A DNA stretch of 64,000 nt from positions 1,984,001 to 2,048,000 of the forward strand of contig OX337237.1 in the NCBI GenBank assembly GCA_946965045.2. The letters are read 5' to 3'. Below the pieces are notes generated by a model. That model was not told the DNA's origin and made no database searches. It saw only the letters and a list, made by a program, of their open reading frames with translations. Positions 39,111-51,391 of the stretch are shown in pieces. Position 1 is the first letter of the stretch. The number at the start of each line of letters is the position of its first letter. The position numbers and the translations under genes are program-made. Origin of the DNA: Epithemia pelagica (lineage: Eukaryota > Protista > Bacillariophyta).

Positions 39111-40445
39111 ATGGACGCTGCTGCTGCTAATGCCTTAGCGCAGGCTATTCAGGCTCTCGCAGCTGCGATTCCTGGTCCTCCTCCCGCAGTGGCCGCTGCT
39201 CCTGATATGGTTTCCCCGTACGAGGGAGGCACTCTTGACCTAACGTCTTGCACAGGCACTGGCTTGTTCCGCGCTGGATGTGACCCGCTGGATAGCAAGT
39301 TCACCGGGAAAGTTGAAGATCTACACCTATTCCTAGCCGACTTGCGCACTCGCGTTGAAACCTGCCATTGGAATTTGGCAACTCACGGAATTTTGGATGT
39401 CACAGTTGGAGGTACGACCTTCAAGTTACTCGACGATTATGGAAAAGTGACCGAAGCTCAAGTTGAAGCTGCTCGTATCACGCGTTCTGCTGCGTCACAC
39501 AGGACAAAACAAAACGCTCAAATGATGTACGAATGCCTCATGGCATCCATCACCGACGAAGCCAAGTCCGCCCTTGCATCACGTGGTGACGTCGATTTCA
39601 ATAATGATGGACCCAAGCTCTTCTACCATCTGGTGTCCGAGCTTTTCACTGCAACATTCTCCAACGCACAAGCTACGAGAGATAAATTGTCCGAGTTTCA
39701 CCCACGACGCTTTAAGTACGACGTAACCCAGGTGAACAATTTCATCCGTTCAGCTATCAAGACCTTGAAGGCTGCTTCTGCGACTGGTGGATCCATTACA
39801 GATCAAGAAATCTTGTATTTTCAATTCAAGGCCTATAAGAAAATCAAGGCTCCCGCGGAATGGACGTCTCACATTTTGTTTTTGGAGGCTAAAGCGTCCA
39901 GCACTCCAACCTATGCTCCAGATACGCTCTACAACGAAGCGCAAGCCAAGTACAACAACTTGGTGAACTCTGGACTCTGGAAACCGTCTGATAAGACACC
40001 AGAGGAGCAAACCTTGGCCATGGTTGCTCAACAATCCAACAAGTCGTCTTCTGGTACCAAGTCGAACAAGCGCAAAGCGGAATCCAAGGCCTCAGATGGC
40101 GACAAAGATAAGAAACAGCCTCCTTTTGCTCATAAGGATGGCAAACTCGGTGATTCAAAAGAGTGGAATGGGAAAACCTATTACTGGTGCCCAGCGAACC
40201 ACAAATACTCTCATTGGCATACGCACAAGGTAGAGGATTGTAACACCTACAAGAAGATGAAGGCCGGAGGCAGTGGCAAAAAGGAAGCACCTAAAAAGCA
40301 AATTGGTTCTGGTGTGGCCGCTGAAGTTGCTGTCAATGTGGACAAGCTCAAAAAGGGAATGGCCGCAATCCTTCCTGGCAGCGAGTTCGATACTGATGAT
40401 TTGGCCGATGCTCTTGCAGCCATCATCAAGAATGGCAGTGAATGA
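39111..40445 (+). CDS. gag: Copia-4 gag (444 aa, intact)
   Basis: Open ORF with QNAQMMYECLMASIT, DGPKLF and the variant knuckle WCPANHKYSHWHTHKVEDC. Confidence 0.85.
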   Translation: MDAAAANALAQAIQALAAAIPGPPPAVAAAPDMVSPYEGGTLDLTSCTGTGLFRAGCDPLDSKFTGKVEDLHLFLADLRTRVETCHWNLATHGILDVTVGGTTFKLLDDYGKVTEAQVEAARITRSAASHRTKQNAQMMYECLMASITDEAKSALASRGDVDFNNDGPKLFYHLVSELFTATFSNAQATRDKLSEFHPRRFKYDVTQVNNFIRSAIKTLKAASATGGSITDQEILYFQFKAYKKIKAPAEWTSHILFLEAKASSTPTYAPDTLYNEAQAKYNNLVNSGLWKPSDKTPEEQTLAMVAQQSNKSSSGTKSNKRKAESKASDGDKDKKQPPFAHKDGKLGDSKEWNGKTYYWCPANHKYSHWHTHKVEDCNTYKKMKAGGSGKKEAPKKQIGSGVAAEVAVNVDKLKKGMAAILPGSEFDTDDLADALAAIIKNGSE

Positions 40446-43400
40446 TTGCTACCCTCATGGGATGCATTCATGGCATTTTGGCCGTTTGTTGTTTTTCTTA
40501 CGATCAAAATGAATATTGTCGCGTTCCATGAGGTTCTGTCATGGGTCAAGTGGATTGTGAAGTTTTTCTCCGCTCGAACCAAACCATTCAAAGTCGTCAA
40601 CAAGCCTTTCCGGCGTCGTCCGCCCCGAACTCGAATCCACAGATCAAGTGTGGGCCGCCGTCTCCCAGTTGACATCACCATAAAATTGCCTCGTATATTG
40701 TTATGTCTCGCGGCGCTGCAAATTGACCAAAAGATTCGGTGGATTGCAGTGGGTCATCTTTCCAAACAAGCCAACAAAACGTTTCACTTCCAAGACGTTG
40801 ATTGTTGCGTTGATACCTCTCGAACCCGAGGGAGGACCAAAAAGAAGTCATTCTTCCGCCAGGCCAAACAATTGGCATCCTTGTTCATCCCAACCAAGAA
40901 TCCATTGATCGATTTGGCTATTAATGGCACGTCCACCACAAGCTCGGATGACCGTCCTCGTACTGCCGTCTTCGATTCTGACGCCGACAAGTTTCTCATC
41001 GACTCTGGTGCCTCTCATCACCTGTGGAAGTACCGTAGAGCCTTCTCATCCTACCGTCCCTTGACCAAAGAAGAAAGAATGAAGGAAGCCTTGCTCGGCG
41101 TAAATGGAGAAACTGTCATGCCCTTAGGCATAGGAACCGTTCCAATCAAGTCAGAAGATGACTTGAACATGATTCACACCATCGAATTGCGAGATGTGCG
41201 GCACTTACCTTCTGCCCCTCTCAACATTATGGTGCCCCAAGTCTTTGTTCGACAACGACAAGAAGAAGGAGACACAAAAGCTCGCTGTTCAATTGATGAT
41301 ATGAGCATAGAGTTAGAGTGGCTCAGTACCAAGGATCAAAAAGTGAGCAAATACGTACCGCTCAACAAGAACAACGTCGGTATGTGCTTTACAGCCCCTG
41401 GTTTCCGTCGTTTCCGTGCATTCATGGCTCTTGCAATGCCTGCCAACCCGGTCTCTGACTCAGAAGATGAAGATGATCCTGAGCTTCCGCCTCCTGATCC
41501 TCCGCCCGATGATGAAGACCAAGAGCCCCAGCCGATTCATCCAATCCGGTCGTCACCATCCGAGGGAGTGACAACCAATTTCACCACGGATCCCAATGTC
41601 TTGCCACCCATTGTGGAAGATGAACCATTGTTGCGTTCGGACCAAGACCTCTTGATGCAATATTACGAGCGATTGGGTCACTGCTCCTTTCAACAACTGA
41701 AACAACTAGCAGAAAAAGGCGTGATCCCGAAACGGTTAGCAAAGGTTGCGCCTCCCAAATGTCCCAGCTGCCTCTATGGGAAAGCGCACAAGAAACCTTG
41801 GCGCACCCACAAGGTGGATCCGAAGATTCGCACTTCAACAGTCCCTGGCGCAGTCGTGAGCATGGACCAGTTGGAATCCCCAGTTCCTGGTCTCGTACCA
41901 ACAGGAAAGGGCCAACCGACCAAGAAAAGATTCAAAGGTGCCACAGTGTTTGTTGACCACGCGTCCGATTTGACTTACGTGCATTTAATGCACGCCCTTA
42001 CCACCGAAGAAACCTTGGAGGCAAAACACGAGTTCGAAAGATTCGCGCAACGGCATGGTGTTACCGTCCAGCATTATCATTGTGACAATGGACGATTTGC
42101 GGACAAGGAGTTTGTGAACGATGTCAAAAACGCACTCCAAACAATTTCTTTCTGTGGCGTGGGAGCCCACCATCAGAATGGGATCGCGGAAAGGCGACTT
42201 CGAGACCTCACCGAAAGCGCAAGAACGATGATCCTTCATGCTGCTCACAGATGGCCGAAAACCATCACAGCAAATTTGTGGCCACAAGCGGTGAAGCATG
42301 CAACGAACATTCGCAATGCACTCCCACGTAACAACAAAGCAAAATCTCCCATCTCCATCTTTTCCAACTCCGATGTGGAACCAAACACCAAACACTTTCA
42401 TCCTTTTGGTTGCCCCGTTTACGTGCTCCAAGCTCCACTCCAGACAGGAAGCCCTCATCCCAAATGGGCAGAACGATCTCGAGTTGGTGTATTGTTGTGT
42501 CACTCGCCCCATCATGCTGCTTCTGTTCCTCTCATCCTGTCTACGCAAACTGGTCTTGTAAGCCCACAATTCCATTGCGTGTATGACGACAAATTCGAGA
42601 CAGTGAAGAACGAACAACATGACACAAGCATTTGGAAGCAAAAGGCGTTAGTGCACAAAGGAGATGAAAATAGATCTGACCATCTGATCTCGCGTCCCTT
42701 GACACGACGATCACGTACACAACAACAACAACAACAACAACAAGAATCCAACTTACCCAACTTTGGGAACAACATCCCACAGGCCTTGCTCGAATTACCC
42801 GATCTCTTGACGGGTGCAATTCCGCAAGTGCCTGCTGACGATCCAGCTCCTCTTCCTGATGCCGAACCCGAGCCACCGATAGCTCCTGTTCCACCAGAAG
42901 AGACTCCACAACCATACCCAGTGGACATTGCCCCCACAGGGCAAACCAGGACCGGTCGACAAGTGCGTCCCCCTTCTCGATTGTCGTTGATTGCTTACCA
43001 TTGTTGTTTTATGGCTCAGGATGTGGCCAAGACTTTGGCCGACTATCATCCTTTGGCACTGCTGCAGATGATGAGCACCGCCGCCATCAAGCCAGATGTT
43101 ATGCCCTTGCATATCGCTCTCCAACAAGAAGATAGCGACAAGTTCATTCAGGCCATGGTGAAGGAACTCAAACAGCACGCTGAATTGAAGCATTGGAAGA
43201 TCGTGCATAAAGCTCAAGTTCCACCCAACGCAAAACCAATCCCCATGGTTTGGTCGTTTATGCGCAAAAAGGACCCAGCTGGGGCAATCATTAAATGGAA
43301 AGCTCGCCTCTGTGCTGGAGGCCACAGACAGGTTTTTGGTGATACCTACTGGTCCACCTTTTCCCCTGTTGTTGCATGGCCAACCGTCCGGTGCATCTTC

Positions 43401-44723
43401 ATCCTGGCGTTGATTTTGGGATGGGACATGCGATCGATTGACTTCATTATGGCGTACACTCAAGCAAAGGTGAAGACGGATATCTTCATGCAATTGCCAA
43501 AAGGTACCACATTGCCCGGCCTTGACCCGAATAAACACTTGCTGAAGCTCCAACAAAACTTGTATGGCTTGAAAGACGCCAAGTGACTTCACATAAAAGA
43601 TGGACTCCTCAAGCAAGGCTTCAAACAATCCAACGTTGATCCCTGTTTATTCTCAAAGGGCGTCGTTCTTCTCGTCCTGTATATTGACGACGCAGCCTTC
43701 TTCTCTCCGGATCCGAAAGCCATTGACCGAGAAGTAGCGCTGCTCCAAAAGTCCTTTGACCTAACAGACGATGGTCCACTGTTGGACTATCTTGGAGCCC
43801 GATTCATTCGACATGAGGATGGGCGCGTTGAGTTGCAACAACAGAAGTTGATCGACAACTGCTTGAATCATCTTGGTCTGGGCCTCTCTCAAGAAAATGT
43901 CAAGATGCATGACACTCCAGCCGAAGCCAATAAGATCCTACACGCGGACTCTGATGGCCCCACTCGGAAGCAAGACTGGAACTACCGTGCCGTGATTGGT
44001 TCCCTCAATTATCTTCAAGCTATGTCTCGCCCGGATCTATCCTATGCTGTGCATCAATGTGCTATGTTCTGTAACGATCCTAAGCTATCCCATGAGGTGG
44101 CAGTCAAACGAATTTGCCGCTATCTACGTGCGACCCGTGATAAAGGTCTGTTCTTCCGACCGAATGTTCGTGAAGGATTCAAGTGCTACGTGGATGCTGA
44201 TTGGGCTGGTAACTGGAATAAGAATAGGCCCAACGATCCTGCTGGTGCGCTCTCGCGCACAGGCTACGTGATTGTGTACGCTGGTTGTCCGCTGGTATGG
44301 GGATCCAAGATGCAGTAATTGGTAGCGCTCAGCACGACCAAAGCGGAAATTATTGCCCTCTCAACAGCCCTACGCGAAGTCATTCATCTCCAGAATCTCT
44401 TAGAAGAATTACGTGAGTCTGGTTTTCCAATTCCCTTCTCCAAGGCACAGGTTCAATGTCGCACTTTCGAAGACAACGCTGCTTGTATTGAAGTTGCTAC
44501 GTCAGAGCCTAAGATCCGACCACGAACCAAGCATCTTGCGGTTCGTCTTTTTCATTTCCGCAGTCATGTGGAGAATGGGCGTATTACCATCGAACATGTG
44601 CCCTCTCAGGAACAATTGGCTGATATCTTTACCAAACCTTTGCCACGGGATTCGTTTCGCCGTTTACGGGATCGATTGCTTCATTGGTCTTCCGATCCGG
44701 TCCCGCAGCACGAGGGAGTGTGA
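40446..44723 (+). pseudogene. pol: Copia-4 pol (PR, GAG-pre-integrase, IN, RT, RH), open for 1046 codons then disrupted
   Basis: LIDSGAS; YERLGHCSF..CPSCLYGK; SMDQLES, HCDNG, QNGIAER; WKARLCAGGH; IDFIMAYTQA; YIDD; DADWAG; EDNAAC; ADIFTK. Deletion near 43580, TAA at 44316-44318. Confidence 0.92.
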
Positions 44724-45526
44724 GGTTGTATATGCACCTATGCTGACATCACCTACTCTCCATCTTACTCTCGATTCACAAGATTCCTCCTCGTTCCATA
44801 CGATTCATTCTTCCAATTTATGTTCCGCATCATCTTACGTGAAATGTTCCGTATCAAGTTCCGTATCAAACTTTATTACGTACGAATAGTTTTAACAAAG
44901 TATTCTAAAGCTCACAACTTCGAAAACATACAGATCTCAATCAGAGTTGTGAAGTACCAAATTACCAATTTCACCAAATTATATCATTTTGTACTTTCCT
45001 TTACGGTAATTTGTCAAAGTCCAAGTACACCTTTCACAATCATTGATATTAGCCCAAAGTACGAAAGTCCCACACCCCCTTTTCCAATTATCTCATTTAA
45101 ATTACCAAATTACACCTACCCCCCAATTTCCATGTAATTTTATGTCCCAAAGTCCTTCCCCCCCCAATCCACGACGGTACTTCATGTATCCAAGTCCCTT
45201 CCCAGAGTCACATGACCCGTACTTTAATTACCGAAGTCCATCCACATTACATCTCCTTATCGCCCAATAAGTACAAAATCACTCCTCATCTCACCCAATA
45301 GGTACTTTTCATTCCCCAACCATTCATTGACATCTCCAATATTCCAAATGATCACATACAAACGATGAGATAACAGATGAGATATGAGGCCTGAGGGTCA
45401 TCGATCATCTGCACCTCTGCTTTGTGCTACCTCAAAAACACACTCGTGAATGTGTTTCCAACTGATCTTCCACAGTGTCCACTCCCCAATCTTCATTGTT
45501 CCCATCCCAGCTTGCTTAAGAGCTCA

Positions 45527-48500
45527 ATGTCTGACGACGACAAAGCAGCAGCCCCAGATCCTGGTCCTCATGACGAAATAGTGGAACAGAAGGACCAAGT
45601 TGACGAAGAGCATCTACCCCCTGCCAAGAAAACGGTGAAAAAGAAGAATCCTGGATCGAAAACAAAGAAGAAGTCTCCTCAACTGGTCAGGAAACCATCG
45701 GCTTTGGAGAAGAAAAAGAAAGCAGTCGATGCTGACTTTGCTCAAGTTGCCCAGACTACGGAACAATTTCACCAAGAAGAAAAGAATCTCATCCCACTCA
45801 TTGATGGCAAGTTTACGCCCTTCATAAGCTACGGCAGAAACACCTCCCCATATTGGAAATGGGTGACTCACGTTGACTGGTTGAAATTCGACTTGTTTTT
45901 GGTTGAACAACAAGAGAAAGGAACACTCGAAGACCTTCCTGGCGCTCGCGATGGTTTCGACAAGCTGGTTGTCGCTTTTGAGGACTTAGTGAAGATTGGA
46001 GAAGACTCCTTCATGAACACCGCGGAAAAACAAAAACCCATAGTTGCAAAAGAACGATACTCTCTTATTTGCAAGACAGCCGTTATCTGTCCACTTTGTT
46101 TCAACACTGGTTCAAAACCATTGAATGAATGCGTCATCTTATGCAGTCATTACAAACCTTCGAACGTTGACCAACATGTTCTGAAGCACCACAAAGGATT
46201 GGATGAAGAAATTAAGAACAACAAGAAAACTTCTGACAAACAATCGACGCTGTCGACTTTCCGCCAGAATACAACGAAATCTGAAGCCAAGTCTCAGCTG
46301 CAGACCTTGATATACCGTTTTGTGAACGACTGTTGCTTACCCGCAGTGACAGTTGAGAAACCACAATTTCGCGAACTCATACAATACGCCATCAAAAACG
46401 CGACAGCACTCAAGGATAGCCGTGCTGAGATTATGAGCCGACGTCAGATTACGAAAGTACGAATCTCCTCGTACAAGCAATTCTTTATCACGGTCGGCCA
46501 TCTTATACGCAAGAGCCGTGACGAATACAAGCGTCTGTGTGCGCAATCTGTACCATTCGTGACCTGCTGTCACGATATATGGCAAGCAAAGAACCATGAC
46601 GTTCTCGGTGTCACCATCATGTTACCGACCCGAGAAATTGCGTGGTATCTAAAATTCCAATTGGGTTGGCAGAGTGTCACGGGCATGCTGCCACCGACGT
46701 GGCCAATTTGACCGACTCCCTTCTACTAAGTGTCGGTCTTTCCACTGCTGACCTATGTGCCGCTGTCAACGATAATACTTCATCTGCCGTTTTGGCGGGT
46801 AAGTATATCATTGGCAATCCCGACAAAACTGGCAAGTGCGATATGCACAAGGCCGAGCTCGTGTTAAAACACGCTACTGGCTTGGTACAACGCTACCAAA
46901 ATCGCATTTTGATAGATTCCAACGACTCTTTTTGTGATCTATGGAGTATTTTCAAGAAATTTGCGAGCTGGTTGACCTCCAGCAAGGCACCACACCGGTG
47001 GGAACGATTGAAGGACGGAGTCAAGAAATTTGGTGGCAAAATTGTCCTGATCCCCTTGCCAAATGACACCCGGGTTGGGGGGCTTGTTCTGTCAATTCAC
47101 AATTTGTTTCGCGATAAGCCCTGCATGGATGAATATTGTAAGACAGCCACTCTAAGCAACCCCAATTTTAAGAAGCGGTATCCCTCAGAGGACGTGTGGT
47201 TGCAGCTCACGCAATACGAAGGCATCCTAACCAACATAAAGATGGTCGCAATGAAATTGCAGACCGATGACCCTGGTTCCAACTCCGCCTCTCTTCTGGA
47301 AATTTACACTTCCTTCTACCATGCTCAAAGAATGAGAATGGAAGGTCCCGACTGTGGTGTTGGGTGTTTGTTGCGACCCAATAAACCTCAAAAGTATTGG
47401 GACGCTAGAAAAAGTATTGACGACTTGGACGAGGCACGTAGAGCCATTCCATACAAAGATCTCTATCCTGGGCCCAGATTGTTGGTGAGACGAATCATCC
47501 AAGAGTTTCGCTACTATCTGTACAATCGGGATCCGGACGCTTTAAAAGCCGTTGGATGCAATCCCCTTTTGGCAAATGTTTATGCCGACATGTTTGTAAA
47601 TTTCGGTGTATACGATCAAGACAACGTGAAGGAAGGTCGCACTATCATAATCAACGATATGATAGACCGCTTCACTAACCATCGGGTCTCGGCTATTGGA
47701 GCTGCGATGACGTCTCAAAACAAGAAAACATCTGACTCCTCGTCGGAATTGGTCGTCGAGCCAAATAGAGCCACTCTCAAATACAAGTCTATGGATGTGT
47801 TTGAAAGAATGCGCCAAGCAAGTGACCTGAGAAAACAGGCACTACTGCATATAGCTGGAAAAGCGTCCAAGGCCGCCGAAGAGCAAGTTGTACAACAAGC
47901 ACTCAAAAAGGCATGCACAGAGTGCTATGACGACTTTCTCCGCCATTGCGAGTCACAAATTGACTTCAATTGGGCGGATATTATCAAACAATATCCAACG
48001 GAGGCTTACACCAAGGAATGGCCGAAATGGGACGATGCTCAGAAGCAGATGTTTGCCCGACATTGTCACAGTCGGAACTATTTGGAAGTGGGTCGGTTCT
48101 TTGACTTAATGGGATGGTGGCGTAAACACTCAAGTAACTGGTCCTACGTGTTTCCATCCGCTATCGTGTGGTTGGCTAAACCGGCAACTAATGCGTTCCA
48201 AGAACGAATTTTCTCGATTGGCAGTTGGATGCTGCAGAACAAGCTAATGTCGAATTTGGACAGGAAGACAAATGAAATGCGCACAATGGAGCGTATAACA
48301 CGACAGCTAGTGGCTGAAATCGAAAGTAACGAAAAGGACATCAAGGCAGGAAAGGGTACCACGAAATCATACGATAAGCGAGAAATAGATCCTGATGACA
48401 TGGCAATTAGCGCGGCTATTGAAGAGAGTTTGAAAGAGCAAGATAACAAGTTTGCTGTGTCAGGAATGAGGGACTCCACGTTTTTGTTACGGAGGTACTT

Positions 48501-49623
48501 CAACACTCGAGACATTACTAAAGACGTAATCAAGGACCCCGCCGTAACAATGTCGTTCTATCCAGTAGAAGGTGCCAAAATACCAAGTGAAGACAGCCTG
48601 CAAGGTAGAAAGAGTGCAGGTGGTACAAAACCACCACCCGATGCGCCATTGGATAATGACTCTATGGACACAAAACCACCGGCAAAGATTGACCCGACTG
48701 CTAATAACAAAGACAATAGCTCAGGACCTGTTGGAAATAGCGCCAAAGGACGAAAGGCGAACAAGAAAGTCAGTCCCTATACCCTAACGACACACGGAGA
48801 AGACACAACTCCAGCCAATGCAAACCGAATTGTCTATGTCACCATTGATGATCGTTACGATGACGATTCGGTTGATGCATCTGTTCCGCCACCAGAAGAA
48901 CCAGACGAAGACAGTGATGAAATCATCAACCGTCTTCTAGATGATGAATGGATGGACAACAATGACGATGATGATGGACTAGTCGACGTCCAAGATGTCT
49001 TTGAGGTAAACTTCGAGGATGGAACAGGGTTGGTGGACCTGAATGAGAGTGATAGGAAGAATAATGAGAAAGATACAGTGGTTGAAGAAGACATGGTGGC
49101 TCCAGGTGATGTTCCTGCTGAAGATGACGATGCCGACGATGTACTTGTTGTCACTCCACCAACAAAGAGAAAGGGCAATCAGAAGTTGAGCTCGAGTAAA
49201 AGGCGCAAGAGAAAGTGCCCTTCCAATCCCAGCAGTGGTAGTGGCAAGAAAAAATCGAAATTGTCCATTGGTAAGAAGCCAAAACCCAATACACCAAAAC
49301 GGAAAAAACCAACGGAACCAGTACGCGTCTCTCCCCGGAATAAGAAGGATGCGGCATCGAAGCAACAAACTAGCGATACTATGGCTGGTGTGGCAAGGGC
49401 ACAAAGCAGGAAGAAGAGCATCAGGGGAAAGAAGGACGACAAAGAAGAAGACCAGGGCGAGGATGAGGTTAGTGAGCAAGTGGATAGTATGGACAATGAC
49501 GATACATTCGTGGATAGTGATGCGAATGAGGATGATGACGAGTACGAAGATGAAGACGAGATGAAGGAGAACGAGAATGACGAGGAGAACAACGATGAGA
49601 ACGACGAGGAGAATGATGAATAG
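45527..49623 (+). pseudogene. hAT transposase with BED-type finger and long acidic tail, one frameshift
   Basis: CPLC...HVLKHH; CCHDIWQ; VNDNTSSA; CDMH; PNDTRV; FDLMGWW; PATNAFQERIFS. Single frameshift near 46622 (IMLPT versus IMF-TDPRN) joins ORFs 45422..46711 and 46642..49623. Confidence 0.85.
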
Positions 49624-49711
49624 TGATGAGTAGTATGCAAGCAAAGAATGAATGAATGAAGAGTAATGAGTGATGACAAAGATGAAATTAGGTAACAAAC
49701 TAGGAGAGCGA

Positions 49712-50398
49712 TTAATATTTGTGAATCATTGTCATTAACTTCTTTCTGACAGGGTCGCTGACTCGGTCAGTCTTTGTCAATGCTGCTACAATTTTTGATT
49801 TTGAGTCTATGGTACTGCAATGTTGACCGAATGCACCAAATAGGGGGTTTATTGCGTACCACTTGTCTTGGGGCAACCATGATTCCAACACTTTGGAACA
49901 GGCAATACCAACAATGCCGTTGGGAGTCCAAGAGAGATGATCGGTCCACCGGATCACGTGAATATCCGCAGGTATGCCATCAACTCCGTGAAATGCTTCT
50001 TCGATGACGATGCATGCAGTTTTATATCCAATTCCATGTAGTGTTGTAAGCTCATAGATTGTTATGTCTTCAGGTATTTTACCACCATGGTACTGACAAA
50101 AATAATCTGCGGCGTTGACAATCCGCTCTGTGTTGTTGTAAGACAGTCCTGATTCCGAAAGAAGGCTACAAAAAGCATTCATGCCAAATTGTTGGGCAAT
50201 GTCGATTACTGCATTTGCTGAAGTGAGGCCACAGGCAAACAAGCGTGGGATTATAGAGCTCAGTTGGGAATCGGACGTGCTAGAGCTCATGCAGATTGTG
50301 ATTAATATCATGAAAGGCCGATCAGCAGTAGGGTCATCAGTGAATTGGAGCCAAGCAGTCCACTTATCACGTGGAGCAAATATTCCTTTCTCTTTAAG
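49712..50398 (-). CDS. Endonuclease III/NTH1-like HhH-GPD DNA glycosylase domain (hAT cargo)
   Basis: ILITICMSSSTSD; LTTLHGIGYKTA (HhH with catalytic Lys); GIPADIHVIR (catalytic Asp); LESWLPQDKWYAINPLFGAFGQHC. No complete C-terminal Fe-S cysteine motif. Confidence 0.85.
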   Translation of the reverse strand, partial: LKEKGIFAPRDKWTAWLQFTDDPTADRPFMILITICMSSSTSDSQLSSIIPRLFACGLTSANAVIDIAQQFGMNAFCSLLSESGLSYNNTERIVNAADYFCQYHGGKIPEDITIYELTTLHGIGYKTACIVIEEAFHGVDGIPADIHVIRWTDHLSWTPNGIVGIACSKVLESWLPQDKWYAINPLFGAFGQHCSTIDSKSKIVAALTKTDRVSDPVRKKLMTMIHKY

Positions 50399-51391
50399 CT
50401 AAGCATGAAAAGACATCATTTGGGACAATTCCGAAATGCGTTGTTGTCGAACGGTTTCTTCCACAGGAGTAATACGAAGTGAGCATCGAGCCGGTGTTGT
50501 TAGGTTTGGAGGGTCTCCCGGTTGATGTCGTCTGTCCGGATATTGAATTTCTTGTTTAGAATGCGAAGTAGATTGCAAGAATTTGGAAATGATTGCGTTG
50601 CGGTATCGTGTTGAATACGAGTATGTGGAATACTGAACCAACGACTTTTTGGGATATTGTTGTTTTCTTTGACGTGATTTCGGACTCGTTTGTTTGGTTC
50701 TGTTATCGTCATCCGTATAATTGTTGTATGGGATTGTGTGGTCCAATGGTTGTGAATTGTCCTGTGATTTGGGAGATATACGTTCGGTCAAAAATGATGC
50801 CACCAATTTAGAGACATAAAGGTTCAGGGACAGAGGGAAACAGAATTCTGAATCGGTAGACTTGTCCTTTGAATCTTCGACGTAGTAATCGACGATCATT
50901 TCCTGCGGGACTTGTTTACAGACAATAGATACACCGGTACGGAAGAACCAGGATGATACAATCGAATGAGCCTTGGAAGGGGGGCGTGGTGGGCTTGGTT
51001 TTTTTCCGTAGGTAAATTGAAGGCAGTCCCAATAGTGTTGGTTCTTCACTACGGTAATGTTTGGACGACAAGAAATTGAAAGAATCAGTCGATTGGAGAA
51101 GAAAGGTTCGTCTGGAACAAAGAAGTGTTGGTAGGAATCGATGGATTGGTGAGGGGAATATCCATCCTTGAGGGTCCGTATAATAATTCCAACAATCAGC
51201 TGAACTCGTTCGAAGAAAATGAACTCCGAAATCCGGCATGTGTGTGTACGAGATTGCCATGTATTCTTTTCTTGGAATTGGATATGTCCGTTGTTGCGAA
51301 GGAGCCATGCGATGGTTTGGCTTTGGACGGCACATCGTAGAGCATTCGACGTCATGGAAGCGTGTTGAGTGGTTCTCATGAAGTCGTACAT
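50399..51391 (-). CDS. Unknown 330-aa ORF in frame with the glycosylase (one TAG apart)
   Basis: Same frame as 49712..50311. The 29 codons between TAG (50399-50401) and ATG 50311 are open. No family recognised. Confidence 0.5.
   Translation of the reverse strand: MYDFMRTTQHASMTSNALRCAVQSQTIAWLLRNNGHIQFQEKNTWQSRTHTCRISEFIFFERVQLIVGIIIRTLKDGYSPHQSIDSYQHFFVPDEPFFSNRLILSISCRPNITVVKNQHYWDCLQFTYGKKPSPPRPPSKAHSIVSSWFFRTGVSIVCKQVPQEMIVDYYVEDSKDKSTDSEFCFPLSLNLYVSKLVASFLTERISPKSQDNSQPLDHTIPYNNYTDDDNRTKQTSPKSRQRKQQYPKKSLVQYSTYSYSTRYRNAIISKFLQSTSHSKQEIQYPDRRHQPGDPPNLTTPARCSLRITPVEETVRQQRISELSQMMSFHA

Larger units (their letters stand above)
38757..44939 (+). mobile_element. Copia-4: Ty1/copia LTR retrotransposon, recently inactivated
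   Basis: 221-bp LTRs 38757-38977 and 44719-44939 (2 mismatches), PPT gagggag. TSD ATTGT is recovered at 38752-38756 and, after removing the hAT, at 57772-57776. Confidence 0.95.

Noticed and set aside
48979-49698. Hydrophobic 239-aa antisense ORF as a membrane protein
   Set aside because: It is the mirror of the GAT/GAA-rich acidic tail of the hAT transposase.
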